From: Thermogemmatispora sp.
GTDB taxonomy: Bacteria > Chloroflexota > Ktedonobacteria > Ktedonobacterales > Ktedonobacteraceae
Assembly: GCF_042408735.1 (NCBI RefSeq)
Contig: NZ_JBHOQV010000156.1
Coordinates: 78,442-142,441, forward strand
DNA: 64,000 nucleotides
Direction: 5' to 3'
In this document: piece after piece, positions 39,257 through 49,928 of the stretch
Layout: each line of letters begins with the position of its first letter
Numbering within the stretch: the stretch's first letter is position 1
Notes under the pieces: model-generated
What the model was told of the DNA's origin: nothing
What the model saw: only the letters and a program-made list of their open reading frames with translations
Database searches by the model: none
Translations under genes and position numbers: made by a program

Positions 39257-41272
39257 ATGGCTATGTTGGTCCCTTCCCAGATTCTGCCACAGACAGGCGA
39301 AACCCGTCGGCTGCTTCTTAAATGGGTTATCGCCTTTTTGGTGCCGGTACTTGTTTTTACCCTCGTCTGGAGCGGCGAGGCGATCCTCAATGCGGCCCTG
39401 CTGACGATTTTCTCTGGTGGCTCATTCGAGGACATTTCTCGACTCTCAGCACTTGGTGCTGGCCTCTTCATGCTGCTCTTTTATGGCATCATTATGGGGC
39501 TGACGGGCTATCTGACGGCTGCCGACAGTGGCCGTCAGAGCACGCTGGATCTGTGGATCTCGATGTTCTTCTTCACGGTGGTGCCAATTCTGCTGATCTA
39601 CATTACCGCGAACCTGTTTGTGGGCCTGGCCGCTTCGGTGGTGGTCTGGGCCATCTACTACTATGGGCGCCGCCTCGTCCGGCGCTTCCGTCCCTCCCCT
39701 ACCCTTCCTCCCCTGCCCCCCCTCAAAGTCCTCGACGCCGAGATGCGCGCCACCCTGATGACCCGTGCTCGCCTTGGAGGTTTCTGGTTCGGGCTGGTCT
39801 TCTCCGCCATCTGGCTGGTGGTTGATCTGCTCTTCTACTTTACTGGCCAGTACGGCCAGGGCCAGACCTCGCTGGTGCTTCTGGCCTGGGTCCTGCTGCG
39901 AACCATCCTGCTCCCCGTGGCTGGCTGGCTGACAGGGAGTCTGGGCGGCCGGGTGGCGGTCCGCCACGCTCTCCAGGTCAACGGCAACGGCAGCAACGGC
40001 GATCGCTCCGGCGCTACGGTGAGCACCCGCCAGCTACGCGCGCTTTCGGCTACCCGCGCTCGCGAGGAGGCACGCGACCTGGTGCCCAACGATTTGCCTC
40101 TGCGCAGCACGGGGGCGCGCAATTTCTACCTCTTGCTCCTCCTCGCCCTGCTCTTGTTCTACCCCATGATCGATCCCTTCCTCTTCGGCTCAGGTACGGA
40201 CTCGCGCCTGGACAACTATGGCAACGCTGGCTACTATGTGATCCTGGCTCTGGGCCTGAATATCGTTGTGGGCTTCGCCGGCCTGCTGGACCTGGGTTAT
40301 GTGGCCTTCTTTGTGATTGGGGCCTACACCTGGGCCATGGTCGGCTCACCTCAGCTCACGGTTCTGACCGGCATTCACATCAATCCGGACATCTGGCCCT
40401 GGCTCTTTTGGCCGATGTTGATTGTGGCTGCCCTGATCGCCGCTCTCTGGGGCATTCTGCTGGGCGCGCCAACCTTACGCCTGCGCGGCGACTACCTGGC
40501 GATTGTGACCCTCGGCTTCGGCGAGATTATCCCCATCGTGGTCCAGAATCTGGATAAGTATACCAATGGCACCAATGGCCTCACCGGAATCTACTCGCCG
40601 GCCTTCTTCGGGATACGCTGGAATGTCTCAACCTCGGAGCCATACTACTATCTGATCCTGGTGCTGATCGCCTTCGTGCTGCTGGCTAATTTGCGCCTGC
40701 GCGATTCGCGCATCGGTCGCGCCTGGATCGCTATGCGCGAGGATGAGATCGCCGCAGCTTCTTCGGGGATCAATCTAACAGGCACAAAGCTGCTGGCCTT
40801 TGCTGCGGGCGCTTTCTTCTCGGGGATCGCTGGGGCTTACTACGCCGCCAAGCTGAGTACGGTGACTTCCGGCAACTTCAGTTTCAGCGACTCGGTGATC
40901 TATCTGGCAATGGTGGTCCTTGGCGGCCTGGGCAGCATTCCTGGCGTGGTGGTGGGTGCCCTGGCCGTCTATGCGGTCAATGTCCTGGTCCTGCCTCAGC
41001 TCGACGCTCTGGGAAACGATCCCAGCAGTATTATTCACCCCCTCTATAGCCAAATCCTGCAGGTGATCCCGAATTTCTCCTTCAGCAATATCCGTAACCT
41101 GATTTTCGGGATCATCCTGGTGGTGCTGATGATCTTCCGGCCCGAGGGGCTGATCCCCAGTACGCGCCGACGCCGTGAGCTGCACCGCGCTGAAGCCGAA
41201 GGGGTGGAAATTACTCCGCTCGACACCCCACCCGGAGCTCCTGGCTTCGAGTCAGAGATGCGCGTCGAGTGA
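39257..41272 (+). CDS. livM: Branched-chain amino acid ABC permease with extra N-terminal membrane domain
   Basis: LGLNIVVGFAGLLDLGY, LRLRGDYLAIVTLGFGEI, AMREDE; about 290 extra hydrophobic residues at the N-terminus. Confidence 0.85.
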   Translation: MAMLVPSQILPQTGETRRLLLKWVIAFLVPVLVFTLVWSGEAILNAALLTIFSGGSFEDISRLSALGAGLFMLLFYGIIMGLTGYLTAADSGRQSTLDLWISMFFFTVVPILLIYITANLFVGLAASVVVWAIYYYGRRLVRRFRPSPTLPPLPPLKVLDAEMRATLMTRARLGGFWFGLVFSAIWLVVDLLFYFTGQYGQGQTSLVLLAWVLLRTILLPVAGWLTGSLGGRVAVRHALQVNGNGSNGDRSGATVSTRQLRALSATRAREEARDLVPNDLPLRSTGARNFYLLLLLALLLFYPMIDPFLFGSGTDSRLDNYGNAGYYVILALGLNIVVGFAGLLDLGYVAFFVIGAYTWAMVGSPQLTVLTGIHINPDIWPWLFWPMLIVAALIAALWGILLGAPTLRLRGDYLAIVTLGFGEIIPIVVQNLDKYTNGTNGLTGIYSPAFFGIRWNVSTSEPYYYLILVLIAFVLLANLRLRDSRIGRAWIAMREDEIAAASSGINLTGTKLLAFAAGAFFSGIAGAYYAAKLSTVTSGNFSFSDSVIYLAMVVLGGLGSIPGVVVGALAVYAVNVLVLPQLDALGNDPSSIIHPLYSQILQVIPNFSFSNIRNLIFGIILVVLMIFRPEGLIPSTRRRRELHRAEAEGVEITPLDTPPGAPGFESEMRVE

Positions 41273-41355
41273 CGAGTTGTGTGCATGAGTGACGGACTGC
41301 GAGGGAGACGAATGCTATCCAATAGTGAGGTTGTTCCTAGCTGGAGGCTGCAACC

Positions 41356-42237
41356 ATGACTGCTGAGCACGAGCAGGCCCCTCAGCCCGCGCGCCGCCCT
41401 TTGCTGGAACTGAAGAAGGTGACCAAGCACTTCGGCGGCCTGGCCGCGGTCCAGGATGTCGACCTGGTCGTCTATCCCCAGGAGATCGTGAGCATCATCG
41501 GGCCGAATGGCGCGGGCAAAACAACGGTTTTCAATCTGATCACCGGTATCTACCAGCCTACGACGGGGGAGATCATTTTCGAGGGCCAGCCCCTCGAGAG
41601 ACCAACGCCCAACTACGTCGTGCAGCGCGGCATCGCTCGCACCTTTCAGAATATTCGCCTCTTCAATAATATGACGGTGCTGGAAAACGTGCTGGTGGGC
41701 CAACATCTGCGCCTGAAAGCCTCTATTCTGGACGCGGTCTTCCGACCTCCCTGGGTGAAACAGGAGGAGGAGGAGGCCCGCCGCCGCGCCATCGAGCTGC
41801 TCAGCTTCTTCGGCCAGCATCTGGTCGATCGCCAGGATGAGTACGTCATCAATCTCTCTTACGCCGATCGTCGCCGGGTGGAAATTGCCCGCGCCCTGGC
41901 TTCGAACCCTAAATTGTTGTTGCTCGATGAGCCTACCGCCGGCATGAACGAGGCGGAGACGATGGAGGCTGTGCATTATATCCGCCGCCTGCGCGATGAG
42001 CTGCACCTGACCATCTTGCTGATCGAGCATAAGCTGATGGTGACTATGGGGATCTCCGACCGCATCGCCGTCCTCGATTATGGACGTAAGATCGCCGAGG
42101 GATTGCCCGATGAGATTCGCCGCGATGAGCGGGTGATTACAGCCTATCTCGGAAAGGCGGCTTCTGCCGACCGCCAGACCTGGCAGGTGGCGCTTCGGCG
42201 TGAGCCGGAGGGGGAGGCGAATAACCACCATGAGTAA
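41356..42237 (+). CDS. livG: ABC transporter ATP-binding protein
   Basis: GPNGAGKT, IARTFQNIRLF, LLDEPTAG. Confidence 0.9.
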   Translation: MTAEHEQAPQPARRPLLELKKVTKHFGGLAAVQDVDLVVYPQEIVSIIGPNGAGKTTVFNLITGIYQPTTGEIIFEGQPLERPTPNYVVQRGIARTFQNIRLFNNMTVLENVLVGQHLRLKASILDAVFRPPWVKQEEEEARRRAIELLSFFGQHLVDRQDEYVINLSYADRRRVEIARALASNPKLLLLDEPTAGMNEAETMEAVHYIRRLRDELHLTILLIEHKLMVTMGISDRIAVLDYGRKIAEGLPDEIRRDERVITAYLGKAASADRQTWQVALRREPEGEANNHHE

Positions 42238-42315
42238 GCGAGTACTGATTGGGCCAGGAGCCCCGCAGCTCTCCGTTGTCCGCCACAGGGCCGCCGCCAG
42301 CGTGGGAGGGACACG

Positions 42316-43035
42316 ATGAATGAAGTGATGCTAAAATTGGAGCACGTCGATACGTTCTATGGCCCCATCCAGGTGCTCCACGATATCAATCTGGAGGTGC
42401 GTCGCGGCGAGATCGTCTGTCTGCTCGGGGCCAACGCTGCCGGTAAGACAACTACTATGAAGACAATCTTCGGCCTGGTTCGTCCACGCCGAGGAACCAT
42501 TACTTTCGATGGCCAACGCATCGACAATAGGCCCGCAAGCGACATTGTCCGCCTGGGCCTGGCTCTGGTCCCGGAGGCGCGCCGCATTTTCCCACGCATG
42601 ACGGTGCTGGAAAATCTGCAGATGGGCGCCTATACTCGGACAAATAAGGCCGAGATAGAGCAGGACCTTGACCACGTCTGCCAGATTTTTCCACGTATTA
42701 AGGAGCGCTTGAAGCAGGTCGCAGGCACTCTCTCGGGCGGCGAACAGCAGATGCTGGCTATGGCTCGCGCTTTGATGTCGCGCCCGCGGATGATGTGCAT
42801 GGACGAGCCGTCAATGGGCCTCTCTCCTATCCTGGTGGAGACGGTTTTTGAGACAATTGTCCGCATCCGCTCGGAGGGCGTGACGATCTTTCTGGTGGAG
42901 CAGAATGCCTCGATGGCTCTGAGCCTGGCCGACCGCGGGTATGTCTTGCAGACCGGCAAGATTGTCTTGAGCGATACAGCCGCTAATCTGCTGCAGAATG
43001 ACCTGGTGCGCCAGGCTTATCTCGGCGGCTCTTGA
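42316..43035 (+). CDS. livF: ABC transporter ATP-binding protein
   Basis: GANAAGKT, LSGGEQQM, MDEPSMG, VEQN. Confidence 0.92.
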   Translation: MNEVMLKLEHVDTFYGPIQVLHDINLEVRRGEIVCLLGANAAGKTTTMKTIFGLVRPRRGTITFDGQRIDNRPASDIVRLGLALVPEARRIFPRMTVLENLQMGAYTRTNKAEIEQDLDHVCQIFPRIKERLKQVAGTLSGGEQQMLAMARALMSRPRMMCMDEPSMGLSPILVETVFETIVRIRSEGVTIFLVEQNASMALSLADRGYVLQTGKIVLSDTAANLLQNDLVRQAYLGGS

Positions 43036-43276
43036 GCGGCTGCGCTCCAATCTGGCATCGGGCGCTGCCAACGCAGCAGAGAGGCCAAAATCAGTCGTGG
43101 CAGTCGATGGTCCGCACGACCCCTACCAGTCAACTTCCTTGAAGAACGGCGGGTCGGCGGACCTCTCTTCTACCAACAGCCCGCTTTCTCTGGCGAGGGC
43201 CAGGACGCGTCGGCGGGCCGCTCACCGTTGGAACTTGCCAGCCGCGAGACAGTCCAGAAATAGGAGATGATCTATC

Positions 43277-43825
43277 ATGGAGATCCGTAGCTATGATTAC
43301 GCCCGCCGACGCGGCGTCCGCTTCCTTTCCTGGGAGGAGGTCGCTCACCTGAGCCGCAAGCTGGGTGAGGCCCTGGCCCAGGAGCAAATCGAAGCTATCG
43401 TGGGTATTGCTCGTGCGGGCCTCTTCCCTGCCACGCTGGTCGCCTGCGCGTTGCGGCTCGATCTCTATCCCGTGCGAGTGAGCCGGCGCCTTCAGGATGA
43501 GGTGCGTTTCAGTTCACCTGTCTGGCATGTGCCGCTGGTTGCAGAGGTGGCCGGCAAACGCGTTGCCGTTGTCGATGAGATTGCCGATAGCGGGGAGACA
43601 CTGACGTTGGTGGCGGAGCAGGCGCGCGCGCTCGGAGCGGCTCAGGTGGTGACCGCCGCCCTGGTCTCTCATAGCTGGGCCAGGCCGCAGCCAGCCAGGG
43701 TGGCGCTGCTGACGGATGAGCTGGTGGTCTTTCCCTGGGACCAGCAGGTGTTGATAGATGGCACCTGGCAGCTCCACCCGGAGATCGTCACCGCCCTGGC
43801 CGCCCAGCACAAGGGTTCTTCCTGA
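43277..43825 (+). CDS. Type I phosphoribosyltransferase (Gpt-like)
   Basis: IVGIARAG, VAVVDEIADSGETL, VVFPW. Confidence 0.8.
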   Translation: MEIRSYDYARRRGVRFLSWEEVAHLSRKLGEALAQEQIEAIVGIARAGLFPATLVACALRLDLYPVRVSRRLQDEVRFSSPVWHVPLVAEVAGKRVAVVDEIADSGETLTLVAEQARALGAAQVVTAALVSHSWARPQPARVALLTDELVVFPWDQQVLIDGTWQLHPEIVTALAAQHKGSS

Positions 43826-43988
43826 GATCGGCTGTGACTGGCCGCTTCCTGGCCTTCGGTCAGCCGGGTCCGCACTCTGGCCGGGCGGGCAGCAGGTTTG
43901 ACTGCCCGGTCGCCGGCCCGTGTCCGTACTGGCTTCGTTCGGAGCGGCAGACGGGCCAGGCACTGAGCCGGGCCCGTTCGCTTGCCGC

Positions 43989-44858
43989 CTAGGGACCTGG
44001 ATTGACGGCCCAGGCCGTCAGCCCAAAACCGACGATGGTGTAGTCCTCCGCGGCCATCTCCTCCAGCATCTGCTGATAGACTTGCTCAAATTCTCCTTCG
44101 CTGATAACTCCGCTGGCCAAGAGAAAGGGCTTTGTCAGACAGAATAGGGCCTGCATGTCTCTGTAGCCGCTATCGTGCATCGGCATCCCGTAGGAGCCGT
44201 CGTAGTAGAAGGCCCGGCGCTGGACGTTGACAAAACCCGCTTCACGCAGAAGACGCGCCAGCATGTAGACCACCCCAGAGGAGTTGCCGTCGACGGAAAA
44301 GGTCCGTTTCTGCAGAGCCAGCGCGCGGTTGAGACAGCCATAGAGGCGCTGATACGCCGGGCTGTTGCTGACTGGGGTTTCAATCTCGGTGAGACGGATG
44401 ATGCCGCCGGGACGGAGAATGCGCCGACATTCCCTGAGAAGCGCTGGCCAGCTCTGCTGATCCATAAAGGCCATAATGAGTCGCGCATTGGCCAGATCAA
44501 AAGAGGCGTCGTGGAAGGGGAGCCGCTGCCTGGCGTTGGCTACTTCGAAGGTAACGTTGGATAACTCCCGCACCCGCGCTGTGGCCAGGGCATAATCGAT
44601 CATGGTCGGGTTGATATCGATCCCTACGACCTCTAGATGAGGATAACGGGCCGCCAGCTCTAGCGCCCAGCCTCCTGGACCACAGGCGATGTCGAGCACT
44701 CGTCGAAGCTGGCTGAGATCGCCCAGCTCCGGCAGTAAGCCCCCCATCGCTTCGCTAAAGAGCCGCTCCTGCTCAAGGAGCCGGGCAGTCTCCGCTCCTT
44801 GTTCGATATCAATGAAGTACCGGTTCTCTCCTGAAGAAGGGGTGGTATCGCTGGTCAT
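43989..44858 (-). CDS. Class I SAM-dependent methyltransferase
   Basis: VLDIACGPGGW, GIDI, LPFHDASFD, LRPGG. Confidence 0.88.
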   Translation of the reverse strand: MTSDTTPSSGENRYFIDIEQGAETARLLEQERLFSEAMGGLLPELGDLSQLRRVLDIACGPGGWALELAARYPHLEVVGIDINPTMIDYALATARVRELSNVTFEVANARQRLPFHDASFDLANARLIMAFMDQQSWPALLRECRRILRPGGIIRLTEIETPVSNSPAYQRLYGCLNRALALQKRTFSVDGNSSGVVYMLARLLREAGFVNVQRRAFYYDGSYGMPMHDSGYRDMQALFCLTKPFLLASGVISEGEFEQVYQQMLEEMAAEDYTIVGFGLTAWAVNPGP

Positions 44859-45118
44859 GATGCCGCTGCCCTCCTTGTCCTGCGTTGTACTGTCCTGTCC
44901 TGCTCATCAATGCCCTGTCCAGCGGACCGGTCGCTGCAGGCTGGTCAGCAAGATGGGAGACCGGCGTTCGCTGGAAGCACAGGCCCAGACAGTTGAATCA
45001 ATCAATAATGATCTTTCTATATGTTACCGCAGGAGAGGTAAGGGTGGCTAGCAGTAGAAGCGCGCCGAGAGAACCGGCGCCAGGAGACCATGAGCCACCT
45101 GGGCTGCAGCGGTCACGC

Positions 45119-45520
45119 TCAGGTCCAGTTGGAAGGGTGACCTGATCCGCCTTGATGAAGGCCGCGCGCCTGACCGTGAGCAGAGAGCGTCAGGTGGGCC
45201 GGGCGCATGCTAGCGCTCAATGGCAAGGCAACCACGAGAACCCCATTCCCATAGGTGACGTTGGCTCGCTCGCCATCGACGGTCTGCTCTAGCTGCAGCT
45301 CGCGATGGTAGGCGCCAATGCTCCATTCGTCGATCAGCAGCTCTTTGACATCCTTGAGCAAAGCTCGTAGATCCCCGTGCAGGATCAGGCGCCCGCCCTC
45401 CTGCAGCTCAATGTGAATGTCTTCTGGCTCCATGCCCGGCATGGGAGCCGCCACGATCAGACGGTCCTCGCTCCGGTACATTTTCACGGGGACATGGTGG
45501 ATTTTCAGCCGTTCTTGCAT
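45119..45520 (-). CDS. Hsp20/alpha-crystallin small heat shock protein
   Basis: APMPGMEPEDIHI, ANVTYGNGVLVVALP. GGAGG RBS before ATG 45520. Confidence 0.8.
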   Translation of the reverse strand: MQERLKIHHVPVKMYRSEDRLIVAAPMPGMEPEDIHIELQEGGRLILHGDLRALLKDVKELLIDEWSIGAYHRELQLEQTVDGERANVTYGNGVLVVALPLSASMRPAHLTLSAHGQARGLHQGGSGHPSNWT

Positions 45521-45752
45521 TGTTGCACCTCCTGCCAGCAAGAGGCCTGGCTTAGTTCGACTTCTTCACTTGTCGCTTGCCCTTCTCTAAGAAGAGGCAC
45601 GATCTGCAGCCAACGAGGGTGTCAGTCAGGTTCGCTTGCCAGGCTAGCTCAGCCGGGGGCCTTTCCATTTCGGCGCACAAAGAAAAGAATTCTTTGACCG
45701 AGAGCGTGATTTCCACCACTATCTTCCGAGGAAGCAACAGAAGGGAGGCAAG

Positions 45753-47144
45753 ATGGTACAGATGGAATTAACGTTTGAGGCCGTGGCCGCTCTTGCTCCC
45801 GATAATCAGGTATTGCAGGCCGGGCAGAAGCTCGCGAACCAGAAGCACTGGCAGGGCCTGGGGCAAAACGAGCAGGCCTTGTGGGGGGAATGCCAGGGCA
45901 GTGCTCTCTACCGTACCTGCGTGGATAAACTTTCTCTGCATACTTCCTGCTCCTGCCCCAGTCGAAAGATTCCTTGTAAGCACAGCATCGGCTTGCTTTG
46001 GCTGGCCGTGGCCAAGGCCAGCAGCCTGCCAGATGCCAGGCCACCAGAGTGGGTCGAGGCTACTCTCGCACGCTTGACGGAATCCCGCAGCCGGAGCGGC
46101 GTTCGGCAGCCAACGGTCCGAGGAGGCAGTGAGCAGATCCCAACCTCCGCACGGCAACAGCAGCAGCAGCAAGGGCGTCAGCAACGGGCCAGGCGGCGTC
46201 AAGAACGGATGCTCCAGGGTCTGGAGCGCTTTGATCTCTGGCTCGCCGACCTGCTGCGTAATGGCCTGGCCGATTTGCAGGGGGAGACGCTGCGTCAGTG
46301 GGAGCAGCAGGCGGCGGCCCTGGATGACGCGCAACTCCCTGGCCTGGCTGGCCGCCTCCGCTCGCTGACGGCGATCCCCTACAGTCACCCCGGTTGGCCA
46401 GAGGCTCTCGTGCACCAGCTCGGGCGACTGGCTCTCCTGAGCGAGGCTTTCCGCCATCTGGAACGGCTCGACCCCGGGCTACAGGAGGATGTGCGCCAGG
46501 CTATGGGCCTCTCGCTCCAGCCAGAGGAGCTGTTGGCCCGTGGGGAGCGCGTCCGCGATCGCTGGCTCTTCCTTGGCCAGTCTACAGAGCAGAGGGACCA
46601 GCTCTGGCAGCAGCGGACCTGGCTGCTTGGACGCCACACGGGTCAGGAGGCGCTGCTGCTGCAATTTTCTCCTGGCAAACGGCCAGCCTTCTTTGAACAC
46701 TATCCTCTGGGGTGCGAACAAGAAGCCGAGCTGCTCTTTTGGCCAAGTGCCTATCGGCAACGCGCCCGACTGCTAGCGTACCTTGGTCCAGCTATACCTA
46801 TCGCTGAGAACCTGCCCGGAGCCTCCAGCTTCGATGAGTTTTTACAAACGGTGGCAACGGCGCTGGCGCGCCAGCCCTGGCTGGAGCGTTTCCTCTGCAT
46901 TCTCAAGGAGGCCAGCCCTATCTGCCTCGACGAAGGTCAATCCTGGTATCTCCGCGACCGCCACGGCCAGGCTCTGCCGCTGAGTCGCGGCCAACACTGG
47001 CCATTACTGGCCCTCTCAGGTGGCTATCCTTTAACTGTTATCGGCGAGTGGAATGGGAGGGAGCTGCTGCCGCTGGCAGCCTTGAGCGCCAGCGAAGGCT
47101 TCCAGCCGCTGGCTTCCTTTGGGGACAGCTTGTCCAGGCAGTAG
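45753..47144 (+). CDS. SWIM zinc-finger protein (YehQ-like)
   Basis: WGECQGS; CSCPSRKIPCKH. Confidence 0.8.
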   Translation: MVQMELTFEAVAALAPDNQVLQAGQKLANQKHWQGLGQNEQALWGECQGSALYRTCVDKLSLHTSCSCPSRKIPCKHSIGLLWLAVAKASSLPDARPPEWVEATLARLTESRSRSGVRQPTVRGGSEQIPTSARQQQQQQGRQQRARRRQERMLQGLERFDLWLADLLRNGLADLQGETLRQWEQQAAALDDAQLPGLAGRLRSLTAIPYSHPGWPEALVHQLGRLALLSEAFRHLERLDPGLQEDVRQAMGLSLQPEELLARGERVRDRWLFLGQSTEQRDQLWQQRTWLLGRHTGQEALLLQFSPGKRPAFFEHYPLGCEQEAELLFWPSAYRQRARLLAYLGPAIPIAENLPGASSFDEFLQTVATALARQPWLERFLCILKEASPICLDEGQSWYLRDRHGQALPLSRGQHWPLLALSGGYPLTVIGEWNGRELLPLAALSASEGFQPLASFGDSLSRQ

Positions 47145-47160
47145 CCAGGAGAGGAAGAGT

Positions 47161-48762
47161 ATGAGACGCATAGAGAGACTGGTTCAGATAGCTTTAAGCG
47201 GAACACGTCAGGCCCAGCTCTCCGGCGAGCTGGCCGCGGCCCCCTTCAATGGGCTTCCCGATATGCTGCCTGCCAGCATGCCACTGGAGCGCAAGCTGCT
47301 GTTGCTGGCGGGGGCAGAGGCCATCTATAGCCTGGCAGGCACCCAAACGCTTCCCCTGGGGGTAAACATCGCCCCAGCTCCCAGCGAGGAGCTGGCTCCA
47401 TGCTCTCCCAGTGCCGCGCGGATAATCCAAAATATACTGCAGCGGCCAGGAACTGAACTGCTGCTTCAGGCTCTGGGACTACTGGTCAATCATGGCCGCC
47501 GCCTTCCCTCTCCCTTTCTCCCCGCCGTCCTCGCGAGACTGTCGACCTCTTCAGCAATGGTGCCCTCTCTTGGGCAAGCGTTGGGAAAGCGCGGGCGCTG
47601 GTTAAGCAGCCTGCATCCCTCCTGGCGCAAGCTTGTCAGCGGTCTGTGGTCAGTGACCGAGATGAGCGACGAGGAGAAAAACTGGCACTGGCGCGAGGGT
47701 AGCCGCGATGGAAGAGAGAGGCTGCTGCGCCAGCTACGGATCTATCAGCCCTCGCTGGCACGCCAGTGGGCGGCCCAAGCCTGGCCGGAGGAAGGGATAG
47801 AGCAGCGCCTGGCTTTGCTCGAAGTCTTCGCGCTGGGACTGGAACAGGCCGATGAGCCTTTTCTTGAGCAGCTACGGTACGGGCGCAGCCAGCGCGAACG
47901 CCGCCTGGCTAGCGAGCTGCTAGTGCGCTTGCCCGCTTCCAACTGCCGCCGCGAGCTGCTGGCGCTAGCTGGCAACCTGCTTCAGGTTGAGCAGCGACCC
48001 GAGGGATGCAGCATCTGTATCCACCCCCCAGAGGTCTTTCCACCAGAGTGGAAACGCTTCGGCCTCTCAGAGGAGCAGCCACGTACCCAGTGGCTGTCAG
48101 ACCTCATCAGTCTGGTTCCTCCCAATCACTGGGAGGAGCGACTGCAGCTCTCTCCGTCAACGATCGTCAGTCTCCTTGAAAGCGACTGGCGCGAGACGGT
48201 GCTGGCGGGTCTCAGGCAAGCTACTTTGCTGCATGGCGCTTCCTCCTGGGCCCGCGCGCTCCTCTCCTGGGCGGATCCGCAGACGCATGAGCCTCTTACG
48301 GGAGCCGCAGATCTGCTCGTTTGTCTGCCAAAGCAGGAGGCAGAGCAGTTTCTCATAGAGGTTCTGATCTCTTCCGAGCATCCCTGGCACCAGAGCTGGG
48401 GTGTCCTCTTAAGCAAGTTGCCTCAGCCCTGGGGCGCCTCGTTCGGTAACTACTTTCTTGCTTATCTGCAGGAGAGGCTACCGCGCTTGTTGGAGTCCTG
48501 CACGGTGCATCCAACAGGCAGGAACGAATCATTGATGCAAGAAATCCTGCAGTGGCGAGAAACACTTAAAATTGCGACCTGCGCCCTTCCAACGGAATGC
48601 CTCGACCTTGCCCTGCAGGTGACTGAGTCCATTTCGTTCCCCGAAGGCTCTCCAGGTTTAGCTGCTTACTACACTCAATACACTATTAAGTCTCACTTTG
48701 AATCTTTTGTAGCGGAGATCACCTTACTTCATGATCTGGAGAAGGAGCTAGCGAGCCAATGA
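47161..48762 (+). CDS. DUF5691-like helical protein
   Basis: LGKRGRWL, DEPFLE...GRSQRERRLA. Position in the SWIM-AAA-VWA cluster; 4-nt overlap with the next gene. Confidence 0.6.
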   Translation: MRRIERLVQIALSGTRQAQLSGELAAAPFNGLPDMLPASMPLERKLLLLAGAEAIYSLAGTQTLPLGVNIAPAPSEELAPCSPSAARIIQNILQRPGTELLLQALGLLVNHGRRLPSPFLPAVLARLSTSSAMVPSLGQALGKRGRWLSSLHPSWRKLVSGLWSVTEMSDEEKNWHWREGSRDGRERLLRQLRIYQPSLARQWAAQAWPEEGIEQRLALLEVFALGLEQADEPFLEQLRYGRSQRERRLASELLVRLPASNCRRELLALAGNLLQVEQRPEGCSICIHPPEVFPPEWKRFGLSEEQPRTQWLSDLISLVPPNHWEERLQLSPSTIVSLLESDWRETVLAGLRQATLLHGASSWARALLSWADPQTHEPLTGAADLLVCLPKQEAEQFLIEVLISSEHPWHQSWGVLLSKLPQPWGASFGNYFLAYLQERLPRLLESCTVHPTGRNESLMQEILQWRETLKIATCALPTECLDLALQVTESISFPEGSPGLAAYYTQYTIKSHFESFVAEITLLHDLEKELASQ

Positions 48763-49925
48763 AAAAGGAGTCGCAACAAGAGACGCAGCAGCGGGAGCGA
48801 AACCGCACCTCGGCCAGCAAGAGCGAGCAGGCTCTAGAGCGCGCAGCCCAAGCCGTTTTGCGCCAGCACGCGGAGCAACAATTTGCCGGGGAACTCGAGG
48901 AGCTGGCCCGGGTAGACGGGCGTCAGCGTCCGCCGAACTGGCGCCTGTCGCCCTGGGCAGTGCGCACCTACCTGCTGGGGGGACGTCTCCCAAATGGCTT
49001 CGAGATCTCCCCCAAATACATCGGCAACGCCCGCCTGATTGAGATCGCCATCAGCACCCTGGCAACGGATCGCGCTCTGTTGCTCTACGGTCTGCCCGGG
49101 ACGGCGAAGTCTTGGGTCAGCGAGCATCTGGCGGCAGCTATCTCGGGCGACTCAACCCTACTCGTCCAGGGCACGGCGGGCACGGATGAGAGCGCGCTGC
49201 GTTATGGCTGGAACTACGCCCGTCTTCTGGTCGAAGGACCTTCAGAAGCGGCGCTGGTGGTCAGTCCCTTGATGAAAGCCATGCAGGAGGGAAAGCTGGC
49301 CCGCCTCGAGGAGCTGACGCGCATGGCCAGCGAGGTCCAGGATACGCTCATCACTATTCTCTCGGAGAAAACGCTCCCCATTCCAGAGCTGAATAGGGAG
49401 GTGCAGGCCCGTAAAGGCTTCAACGTGATCGCGACCGCCAATAACCGCGATAAGGGAGTCAACGACCTGTCCAGCGCCTTGATGCGCCGCTTCAATACAG
49501 TGGTGCTGCCGCTGCCACAGAGCGTGGAAGAGGAGGTTCGCATTGTTGAGCAGCGGGTGAGCGACCTGGGCCGGGCGCTGGAGCTGCCCGCTGAGAAACC
49601 AGCTCTGGAAGAGATTCGGCGCGTGGTGACCGTCTTCCGCGAGTTGCGCGCGGGCAAGACCCTGGACGGCAGACTGACGCTGAAGGTGCCCAGCGGCACG
49701 CTCTCGACAGCCGAGGCTATCTCGGTGCTTAACAGTGGGCTGGCCTTAGCTGCCTACTATGGGGACGGCAGACTGCGGGCTAGCGATCTGGCCGCCAGCC
49801 TGACGGGAGCTATTGTGAAGGACCCTGTTCAGGACCGCATTGTCTGGCTGGAGTATCTGCAGACGGTCATGAAGGAGCGCAGTGACTGGCTCGACCTCTA
49901 TCGAGCTTGCCGGGAGGTGATTTGA
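48759..49925 (+). CDS. MoxR-type AAA+ ATPase (YehL-like)
   Basis: GLPGTAKSW, EELTR, ATAN, LMRRF. Confidence 0.85.
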   Translation: MKKESQQETQQRERNRTSASKSEQALERAAQAVLRQHAEQQFAGELEELARVDGRQRPPNWRLSPWAVRTYLLGGRLPNGFEISPKYIGNARLIEIAISTLATDRALLLYGLPGTAKSWVSEHLAAAISGDSTLLVQGTAGTDESALRYGWNYARLLVEGPSEAALVVSPLMKAMQEGKLARLEELTRMASEVQDTLITILSEKTLPIPELNREVQARKGFNVIATANNRDKGVNDLSSALMRRFNTVVLPLPQSVEEEVRIVEQRVSDLGRALELPAEKPALEEIRRVVTVFRELRAGKTLDGRLTLKVPSGTLSTAEAISVLNSGLALAAYYGDGRLRASDLAASLTGAIVKDPVQDRIVWLEYLQTVMKERSDWLDLYRACREVI

Positions 49926-49928
49926 GCG

